Below are positions 11,579 to 20,610 of a stretch of DNA of 64,000 nt, in pieces. Source of the stretch: Escherichia coli (GTDB lineage: Bacteria; Pseudomonadota; Gammaproteobacteria; Enterobacterales; Enterobacteriaceae); assembly GCF_003334765.1 (NCBI RefSeq), contig NZ_QOWT01000008.1; one strand, 5' to 3'. How positions within the stretch are numbered: the stretch's first letter is position 1; every line of letters begins with the position of its first letter. The notes below the pieces were generated by a model. It did not search any database and was not told the origin of the DNA. It saw only the letters and a list, made by a program, of their open reading frames with translations. Both the position numbers and the translations under genes were made by a program.

Positions 11579-12862
11579 ATGACAGAAGCGATGAAGATTA
11601 CCCTCTCTACCCAACCTGCCGACGCGCGCTGGGGAGAAAAAGCAACTTACAGCATTAATAATGACGGCATTACCCTGCATTTGAACGGGGCAGACGATCT
11701 GGGGCTGATCCAGCGTGCGGCGCGCAAGATTGACGGTCTGGGCATCAAGCATGTTCAGTTAAGCGGTGAAGGCTGGGATGCGGATCGCTGCTGGGCATTC
11801 TGGCAAGGTTACAAAGCCCCGAAAGGCACGCGTAAAGTGGTGTGGCCGGATCTGGACGATGCCCAGCGCCAGGAACTGGATAACCGCCTGATGATCATCG
11901 ACTGGGTGCGTGACACCATCAACGCACCGGCAGAAGAATTGGGACCATCGCAACTGGCACAGCGTGCTGTTGATCTGATCAGCAACGTCGCGGGCGATCG
12001 TGTGACTTATCGGATCACCAAAGGCGAAGATCTGCGTGAGCAAGGTTATATGGGGCTGCACACAGTCGGACGCGGTTCAGAACGTTCTCCGGTATTGCTG
12101 GCGCTGGATTACAACCCAACTGGCGATAAAGAAGCGCCAGTGTACGCGTGCCTGGTAGGTAAAGGTATCACTTTTGACTCCGGCGGCTACAGCATCAAAC
12201 AGACTGCGTTTATGGACTCGATGAAGTCGGACATGGGCGGCGCGGCAACGGTTACCGGGGCGCTGGCATTTGCCATTACGCGCGGACTGAACAAGCGCGT
12301 GAAGCTGTTCCTCTGCTGTGCGGATAACCTGATTAGCGGCAATGCGTTCAAGCTGGGCGATATCATCACCTATCGCAACGGTAAAAAAGTTGAAGTGATG
12401 AACACTGATGCCGAAGGGCGTCTGGTGCTTGCCGATGGTCTGATTGATGCCAGTGCGCAGAAACCGGAAATGATCATTGATGCGGCGACCCTCACCGGGG
12501 CGGCGAAAACTGCGCTGGGTAATGATTATCACGCGCTGTTCAGTTTTGACGATGCGCTGGCCGGTCGCTTGCTGGCGAGTGCCGCGCAGGAGAACGAACC
12601 GTTCTGGCGTCTGCCGCTGGCGGAGTTCCACCGCAGCCAGCTGCCGTCTAACTTTGCCGAACTGAACAATACCGGAAGCGCGGCGTATCCGGCAGGCGCG
12701 AGCACGGCGGCGGGCTTCCTGTCGCACTTTGTTGAGAACTATCAGCAAGGCTGGCTGCATATCGACTGCTCGGCGACTTACCGTAAAGCGCCGGTTGAAC
12801 AGTGGTCTGCGGGCGCTACGGGACTTGGTGTGCGCACGATAGCTAATCTGTTAACGGCGTAA
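11579..12862 (+). CDS. pepB: peptidase B (M17 aminopeptidase)
   Basis: ORF track 11492..12862; start at [10 protein letters not shown] (427 aa); NTDAEGRL motif. Confidence 0.9.
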
Positions 12863-12870
12863 ACTAATAT

Positions 12871-12968
<98 letters not shown>

Positions 12969-13003
12969 TTTGCGCCCCGAACGTTGAATGAATTGTGGTT
13001 CTT

Positions 13004-13780
13004 ATGTCCGAAACAAAAAACGAACTTGAAGACCTGCTGGAAAAAGCAGCAACTGAACCGGCGCACCGCCCGGCCTTTTTCCGTACTCTACTGGAATCCA
13101 CCGTCTGGGTGCCTGGTACGGCGGCGCAGGGCGAGGCTGTGGTTGAAGATAGCGCGCTTGATTTACAGCACTGGGAAAAAGAAGACGGCACCAGCGTCAT
13201 TCCTTTTTTCACCTCGTTAGAAGCACTTCAACAGGCGGTTGAAGACGAACAGGCATTTGTCGTAATGCCCGTTCGCACGCTGTTTGAGATGACACTTGGC
13301 GAAACGCTCTTCCTTAATGCCAAACTGCCAACCGGTAAAGAATTTATGCCGCGTGAAATCAGTTTGTTGATTGGTGAAGAGGGAAATCCGCTGAGCAGCC
13401 AGGAAATCCTGGAAGGCGGTGAATCGCTGATATTATCGGAAGTCGCAGAGCCGCCAGCACAAATGATTGATTCACTCACCACCTTATTTAAAACCATTAA
13501 GCCGGTGAAGCGTGCTTTTATTTGTTCAATTAAAGAGAACGAAGAGGCACAGCCTAATTTACTTATTGGCATTGAAGCCGATGGTGATATCGAAGAAATT
13601 ATTCAGGCGACGGGAAGTGTAGCGACCGATACATTACCTGGCGATGAACCAATCGATATTTGTCAGGTGAAAAAAGGGGAAAAAGGAATTAGCCACTTTA
13701 TTACCGAACATATTGCGCCATTCTATGAACGTCGCTGGGGTGGTTTTTTGCGTGACTTTAAACAGAATCGGATAATCTAA
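13004..13780 (+). CDS. sseB: SseB family protein
   Basis: ORF track 12995..13780 (GTG); ATG at 13004 gives 258 aa. Confidence 0.85.
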   Translation: MSETKNELEDLLEKAATEPAHRPAFFRTLLESTVWVPGTAAQGEAVVEDSALDLQHWEKEDGTSVIPFFTSLEALQQAVEDEQAFVVMPVRTLFEMTLGETLFLNAKLPTGKEFMPREISLLIGEEGNPLSSQEILEGGESLILSEVAEPPAQMIDSLTTLFKTIKPVKRAFICSIKENEEAQPNLLIGIEADGDIEEIIQATGSVATDTLPGDEPIDICQVKKGEKGISHFITEHIAPFYERRWGGFLRDFKQNRII

Positions 13781-13802
13781 AATATGCCGCCCAAAGGGCG
13801 GC
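13779..13802 (-). terminator. intrinsic terminator hairpin (gccgccc-aaa-gggcggc) with U-run on the minus strand; ends the leftward transcript and abuts the sseB stop
   Basis: perfect 7-bp GC stem 13786-13802 followed on the minus strand by AUAUUUU. Confidence 0.45.
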
Positions 13803-13960
13803 ATTCGGGCTTACTTGCTGCTCTGAAGGTTGTTAACCACCAGTAAATTGTCGCCGGAGAGACTCCGGTTATTATTTACCTCGGTTAACAGCGCACCAGA
13901 AACAATAAGTACGATACAAAAGCACCGTATCTTCATTGTGCGGTCCATGCGAAGACCGCA

Positions 13961-14035
13961 TCACGACAGCACCACTGGCGATATTGCCGCGATAGCAAGC
14001 GCTGTGAAACACCTGCATTTACGGCCACGGAACAT
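13961..14035 (-). CDS. candidate small ORF (24 aa, MFRGRKCRCFTALAIAAISPVVLS) with basic N-terminus and hydrophobic tail; hypothetical
   Basis: ATG preceded by AGGAAAGG Shine-Dalgarno; lies ~45 nt downstream of a predicted leftward promoter (-10 TATTAT, 14088-14093); stop overlaps the ATG of a second mini-ORF (TGATG). Confidence 0.25.
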   Translation of the reverse strand: MFRGRKCRCFTALAIAAISPVVLS

Positions 14036-14063
14036 CCTTTCCTAAAGCCAGCGCCCGTTTGCG

Positions 14064-14258
14064 AGACGGCGGAAAGGGCCGCAGTGGATAATACACTAAC
14101 AGAACAATAATAACTCTCTTTTGCTTGACAAAAAGAGAGTTACTGGCGAGTATTGTCTCCGCTGAGACGCGCTTGCATTACTACGGTAATACAACCTGCT
14201 GGAAAGGCCGCGAACCGGACCAGCAACAAAAAACCGCCTGATTTTGGCGGTTTTTTGT
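14064..14258. repeat. intergenic module copy 1: promoter -10, AT-rich 10-bp perfect palindrome, conserved core, GC hairpin terminator
   Basis: direct repeat of 14388-14582 with identical blocks (acggcggaaagggcc; ttttgcttgacaaaaagagagttactgg; aacctgctggaaaggccgcgaacc) and a diverged centre. Confidence 0.7.
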
Positions 14259-14402
14259 TTTTTAAAGGAAAGTGAATTTACATGTTTAAGTAATATCTTT
14301 TACCGGTTAGAATTTTTAATTTTGAGCAGGATTTGTTTATATTTGTCTGAATTCGGACTAATAAGCCAGGTTATTTTATTACCGAACACGGCGGAAAGGG
14401 CC
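14099..14402 (-). ncRNA. ryfA: RyfA-like small RNA (~304 nt)
   Basis: sigma70 -10 TATTAT at 14410-14415 (minus) places the TSS at 14402; transcript ends after the palindrome actctcttttgcttgacaaaaagagagt plus U-rich tail near 14099; position between sseA and sseB matches my recollection of E. coli ryfA. Confidence 0.5.
14228..14258. terminator. bidirectional GC hairpin (ccgcc-tgatttt-ggcgg) flanked by A-run and T-run, internal to ryfA
   Basis: aaaaaaccgcctgattttggcggttttttg. Confidence 0.5.
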
Positions 14403-14582
14403 GGTGTCGATAATACGCTAAATAAACAATAATTACTCTCTTTTGCTTGACAAAAAGAGAGTTACTGGTGAGTATTGTTTTGCTGTGAAGCACCTGCGTT
14501 GCTCATGTAACACAAGTCAACCTGCTGGAAAGGCCGCGAACCAGACTAGCAATAAAAAACCGCCAAATTCGGCGGTTTTTTA
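14388..14582. repeat. intergenic module copy 2 (sseA 3' region), paralogous to 14064-14258
   Basis: same block structure as copy 1; hairpin stems conserved while loops differ. Confidence 0.7.
14554..14582. terminator. bidirectional intrinsic terminator downstream of sseA
   Basis: aaaaaaccgccaaattcggcggtttttt; stem ccgcc/ggcgg with U-runs on both strands. Confidence 0.6.
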
Positions 14583-14597
14583 TTGCCTGTAAAATAC

Positions 14598-15443
14598 TTA
14601 TTTCACTGGCTCAACCGGTAAATCTGCCCGCGCGCCCCATTCACTCCATGCGCCGTCGTACAGTTTCACGTTTGGCACATCCAGCGTAGCGAGTGCTAAC
14701 AAAACCACGGCTGCCGTTACACCAGAGCCGCAGCTGACGATAATTGGTTTGTCGTAGCTGACGCCGCGACCAAAAAATATCGCATCCAGTTCATCGGTCG
14801 TTTTTAGTTCGCCTTCGCGCACCAGTTCCGTCCACGGAACATTCAGTGCTCCGGGAATATGTCCGCGACGTAAACCTGGGCGAGGTTCATCAACTTCTGC
14901 GTTAAAACGTGCAGCCGGGCGGGCATCAATAATTTGCGCCGTATTTTCATGGCTTGCCAATAATACATCGGTTACTTTCACCACGGCTTCAGGATTAAAC
15001 GCGGCGTTAAACTCTCCTTCCGGCAGCTCTACTGCACCTTCTTCTAACAGCAGATCATCGCGCTGCCAGCCTGCAAGTCCACCCCCCAGAATCGACACTT
15101 TCTCTACACCAAAGGTGCGCAGCATCCACCATGCTCGTGGGGCTGAGAAAAGATTACCTTCGTCATAGACAATCAGGTGCTTATCCTGGTTAACGCCTAA
15201 TTCACGCATCGCCACGGCGAACGTTTCCGGGCGCGGCAGCATGTGCGGAAGCGGGGAAGTGTGATCAGAAAGCGCTTCGATATCAAAAAACACTGCGCCG
15301 GGAATATGTCCATTCAGATACTCCTGAGCAACGTTACGATCCTCCTGTCCAGGCGACGCCATGCGGGCATCGATAATCTGAATTTCCGGGTCATCAATAT
15401 GTTCGGCGAGCCAGTCGGCTCCTACAAACCATGTCGTGGACAT
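14598..15443 (-). CDS. sseA: 3-mercaptopyruvate sulfurtransferase
   Basis: ORF track 14598..15602; start at MSTTWFVGADW (281 aa); two rhodanese domains with active-site CGSGVTA. Confidence 0.9.
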   Translation of the reverse strand: MSTTWFVGADWLAEHIDDPEIQIIDARMASPGQEDRNVAQEYLNGHIPGAVFFDIEALSDHTSPLPHMLPRPETFAVAMRELGVNQDKHLIVYDEGNLFSAPRAWWMLRTFGVEKVSILGGGLAGWQRDDLLLEEGAVELPEGEFNAAFNPEAVVKVTDVLLASHENTAQIIDARPAARFNAEVDEPRPGLRRGHIPGALNVPWTELVREGELKTTDELDAIFFGRGVSYDKPIIVSCGSGVTAAVVLLALATLDVPNVKLYDGAWSEWGARADLPVEPVK

Positions 15444-15649
15444 AGGCATCTCCATTTTTGCCGGGGTTAGGCTAAATTGTCGGATGTTTAGTGAAAAGCG
15501 ACAAGCAAAAGAGGCTGATTTGGCTGTCTGAGCCACAATTCTCACTAAAATTCGGATTGTATGGGCGTGATACTGAATTACATAACGTAAATTCTCACGC
15601 ATAATAATTATTCGACGTTGCTAACGGGCCATTGTGGCAGGGATGAAAA

Positions 15650-18600
15650 ATGAAAAAGTTACGCGTAGCCGCCTGCATGCTAATGCTGGCGCTGGCAGGG
15701 TGCGACAACAACGATAACGCGCCAACAGCGGTGAAAAAAGATGCGCCTTCTGAAGTTACTAAAGCGGCCTCTTCAGAAAACGCGAGTTCAGCAAAACTCT
15801 CCGTGCCGGAGAGACAAAAACTGGCCCAACAGAGTGCCGGTAAGGTGCTGACATTGCTGGATCTCTCTGAAGTCCAACTTGATGGTGCAGCCACGCTGGT
15901 GCTGACGTTCTCCATCCCTCTCGACCCGGATCAGGATTTCTCACGCGTTATTCATGTCGTCGATAAAAAAAGCGGCAAAGTGGATGGTGCCTGGGAGCTG
16001 TCAGATAATCTTAAAGAGTTACGTTTACGCCACCTCGAACCGAAACGTGATTTGATCGTTACTATTGGCAAGGAGGTCAAAGCACTCAACAACGCAACCT
16101 TCAGTAAAGATTACGAAAAAACTATAACTACCCGCGACATCCAACCCAGCGTCGGTTTTGCCAGCCGTGGTTCGCTGCTGCCTGGCAAAGTCGTTGAAGG
16201 GCTGCCGGTAATGGCGCTCAACGTTAATAATGTCGATGTTAACTTCTTCCGCGTTAAGCCAGAATCTCTGCCAGCATTCATTAGCCAATGGGAATACCGC
16301 AATTCGCTGGCGAACTGGCAGTCAGACAAACTGCTGCAGATGGCGGATCTGGTCTACACCGGACGGTTTGATCTCAATCCTGCGCGTAACACCCGTGAAA
16401 AATTATTGCTGCCGCTGGGCGATATCAAACCGCTTCAGCAGGCGGGCGTGTATCTGGCTGTGATGAATCAGGCTGGACGTTACGATTACAGTAATCCCGC
16501 GACGCTGTTTACGTTAAGTGATATCGGCGTTTCAGCTCACCGTTATCACAATCGTCTGGATATCTTTACCCAAAGTCTGGAAAACGGCGCGGCCCAGCAA
16601 GGAATTGAAGTCTCTTTATTAAATGAGAAAGGGCAGACTCTGACTCAGGCAACCAGTGACGCTCAGGGGCATGTGCAGCTGGAAAATGATAAAAACGCGC
16701 ATTACTGTTGGCGCGTAAAGACGGTCAGACAACGCTACTCGATTTAAAACTTCCGGCGCTGGACTTAGCAGAATTTAACATTGCTGGCGCGCCAGGCTAT
16801 AGCAAACAGTTTTTCATGTTTGGCCCACGCGATCTTTATCGCCCAGGTGAAACGGTAATCCTCAATGGTTTGCTGCGTGATGCAGACGGTAAAGCGTTGC
16901 CCAATCAACCCATCAAGTTAGACGTGATTAAACCCGATGGGCAGGTACTCAGGAGCGTCGTTAGTCAGCCGGAGAATGGCCTCTACCACTTTACCTGGCC
17001 ACTCGATAGCAATGCGGCAACCGGTATGTGGCATATTCGCGCTAACACGGGCGATAATCAGTATCGGATGTGGGATTTCCACGTCGAAGATTTTATGCCA
17101 GAGCGCATGGCGCTGAATCTGACCGGTGAGAAAACCCCGCTAACGCCGAAAGATGAAGTGAAATTCTCCGTGGTGGGGTACTACCTGTATGGTGCACCTG
17201 CTAATGGTAATACTTTGCAAGGGCAACTTTTCCTGCGCCCACTGCGTGAAGCTGTGTCAGCCTTACCTGGTTTTGAATTCGGCGATATAGCTGCCGAAAA
17301 TCTTTCCCGCACGCTGGATGAAGTTCAGTTGACGCTGGATGATAAAGGGCGCGGCGAAGTTTCTACAGAAAGCCAGTGGAAGGAAACGCATTCCCCATTA
17401 CAGGTTATTTTCCAGGGTAGTTTGCTGGAATCGGGCGGTCGCCCGGTGACGCGCCGCGCTGAGCAGGCTATCTGGCCTGCCGATGCATTGCCGGGGATCC
17501 GTCCGCAGTTCGCCTCGAAATCGGTTTACGATTATCGTACTGACAGCACGGTGAAACAGCCCATTGTTGATGAAGGCAGTAACGCCGCTTTTGACATCGT
17601 TTATAGCGATGCGCAAGGCGTGAAAAAAGCCGTGTCGGGCTTGCAGGTGCGCCTGATTCGCGAACGCCGCGATTACTACTGGAACTGGTCAGAAGATGAA
17701 GGCTGGCAGTCACAGTTTGATCAAAAAGATCTGATCGAAAATGAACAAACTCTGGATCTGAAAGCGGACGAAACCGGCAAGGTCAGTTTTCCGGTAGAGT
17801 GGGGCGCTTATCGTCTGGAAGTCAAAGCGCCGAATGAAGCGGTCAGTAGTGTTCGTTTCTGGGCTGGCTATAGCTGGCAGGACAACAGCGACGGTAGCGG
17901 CGCAGTGCGACCCGACCGTGTCACGCTGAAACTGGATAAAGCCAGTTATCGCCCTGGCGACACCATTAAGTTGCATATCGCCGCGCCAACGGCGGGTAAA
18001 GGTTATGCGATGGTCGAGTCCAGTGAAGGGCCGCTGTGGTGGCAAGAGATTGATGTTCGGGCTCAAGGGCTGGATCTGACGATTCCGGTCGATAAAACCT
18101 GGAATCGTCATGATCTGTATTTAAGTACGCTGGTGGTACGTCCTGGCGATAAATCTCGCTCCGCGACGCCAAAACGCGCGGTTGGTGTGTTGCATCTGCC
18201 GCTTGGCGATGAAAACCGTCGCCTCGATCTGGCGCTGGAAACACCAGCAAAAATGCGTCCCAATCAACCATTAACCGTGAAAATTAAAGCCAGCACTAAA
18301 AATGGCGAGAAGCCTAAACAGGTGAATGTGCTGGTGTCTGCCGTTGATAGTGGTGTGCTGAATATTACTGACTACGTCACGCCAGATCCGTGGCAGGCGT
18401 TCTTTGGTCAGAAACGCTATGGCGCAGACATTTACGATATTTACGGTCAGGTTATTGAAGGTCAGGGGCGTCTGGCAGCTCTGCGTTTCGGTGGCGATGG
18501 TGATGAGCTGAAACGTGGTGGTAAACCGCCGGTCAATCACGTCAATATTGTCGTGCAGCAGGCGCTGCCGGTAACGCTCAACGAACAGGGCGAAGGCTCG

Positions 18601-20610
18601 GTTACACTGCCGATTGGCGATTTTAACGGTGAATTGCGCGTCATGGCGCAAGCCTGGACGGCAGATGACTTCGGTAGCAACGAAAGTAAAGTGATAGTTG
18701 CCGCACCGGTGATTGCTGAACTGAACATGCCGCGCTTTATGGCGAGTGGCGATACCTCGCGTCTGACGCTGGATATCACTAATCTTACCGATAAACCGCA
18801 AAAACTGAACGTTGCCCTGACCGCCAGTGGTTTGCTTGAACTGGTCAGCGATTCACCCGCAGCCGTTGAATTAGCGCCAGGTGTGCGTACTACGCTGTTT
18901 ATCCCGGTGCGAGCATTGCCGGGTTATGGCGATGGAGAAATTCAGGCCACCATTAGCGGGTTAGCGTTACCGGGTGAAACCGTTGCCGATCAGCATAAGC
19001 AGTGGAAAATCGGCGTCCGTCCGGCGTTCCCGGCACAAACGGTTAATTACGGTACGGCGTTACAGCCTGGTGAGACATGGGCGATTCCGGCGGATGGATT
19101 GCAAAACTTCTCGCCTGTTACGCTGGAAGGGCAATTGTTGTTGAGCGGCAAACCACCGCTGAACATCGCACGTTATATCAAAGAGTTAAAAGCGTATCCG
19201 TACGGCTGTCTTGAGCAAACCGCCAGCGGCCTGTTTCCGTCACTTTATACCAACGCAGCCCAACTGCAGGCGTTGGGCATCAAAGGCGACAGTGATGAGA
19301 AACGCCGTGCATCGGTCGATATCGGCATTTCCCGTTTGCTGCAAATGCAACGTGATAACGGCGGCTTTGCGCTGTGGGATAAAAACGGTGACGAAGAGTA
19401 CTGGCTGACGGCTTACGTGATGGATTTCCTGGTCCGCGCAGGCGAACAGGGTTACAGCGTGCCGACAGACGCCATTAACCGGGGTAATGAGCGTCTGCTG
19501 CGCTATTTACAAGATCCGGGCATGATGTCGATCCCGTACGCGGATAATCTCAAAGCCAGTAAATTCGCCGTACAGTCTTACGCTGCGCTGGTGTTGGCCC
19601 GTCAGCAAAAGGCTCCGCTGGGTGCGCTGCGTGAAATCTGGGAGCATCGTGCAGATGCCGCTTCTGGTTTACCGCTGCTGCAACTTGGCGTTGCGCTGAA
19701 AACCATGGGTGATGCGACGCGTGGTGAAGAAGCGATTGCGCTGGCGCTGAAAACGCCGCGTAATAGTGATGAGCGGATATGGCTGGGTGATTACGGTAGT
19801 TCACTGCGCGACAACGCGTTAATGCTCTCCTTGCTGGAAGAAAATAAACTGCTACCCGATGAGCAGTACACTTTGCTGAACACACTTTCGCAGCAGGCGT
19901 TTGGTGAACGCTGGCTATCGACGCAGGAAAGTAACGCGTTGTTCCTGGCTGCCCGTACGATTCAGGATTTACCCGGTAAATGGCAGGCGCAAACCTCTTT
20001 CTCAGCTGAGCAGCTGACAGGCGAGAAAGCGCAAAACAGCAATCTGAATAGCGATCAACTTGTCACCTTGCAGGTGAGCAACAGTGGCGATCAGCCGTTA
20101 TGGTTGCGTATGGATGCCAGCGGTTATCCGCAATCCGCACCTTTACCGGCGAACAATGTGCTGCAAATCGAGCGTCATATTCTTGGTACTGATGGTAAGA
20201 GCAAATCGCTGGACTCGTTACGTAGCGGCGATCTGGTGCTGGTGTGGTTGCAGGTAAAAGCCAGTAACAGCGTGCCGGATGCGTTAGTCGTGGATCTGCT
20301 GCCTGCGGGTCTGGAACTGGAAAACCAGAATCTGGCGAACGGTAGCGCCAGCCTGGAGCAAAGTGGTGGCGAAGTGCAGAACTTACTGAACCAGATGCAG
20401 CAGGCGAGCATTAAGCACATTGAGTTCCGTGACGATCGCTTTGTGGCGGCGGTTGCCGTTGATGAATACCAACCGGTAACGCTGGTGTATCTGGCGCGGG
20501 CGGTGACGCCGGGAACGTATCAGGTACCGCAACCGATGGTGGAATCAATGTATGTTCCCCAATGGCGGGCGACCGGCGCGGCTGAAGATCTGCTGATTGT
20601 CAGACCGTAA
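15650..20610 (+). pseudogene. yfhM: alpha-2-macroglobulin family lipoprotein YfhM, split by an apparent 1-nt frameshift near 16699-16702
   Basis: two adjacent same-strand ORFs (15650..16747 and 16708..20610) overlap by 40 nt in different frames; first has lipoprotein signal (LAGC), second has thioester motif GCLEQ; combined length plus one base gives 1653 codons. Confidence 0.7.

Noticed and set aside
13830-14045. 71-aa plus-strand ORF in the sseB-sseA intergenic region
   Set aside because: No Shine-Dalgarno, low-complexity composition, and it is antisense to the better-supported leftward transcript with the RBS-preceded 24-codon ORF.
14244-14432. 62-aa plus-strand ORF spanning the spacer between the two repeat modules
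   Set aside because: It starts at a TTG inside the terminator stem, crosses an AT-rich region with no RBS, and its frame is not conserved in the paralogous copy.
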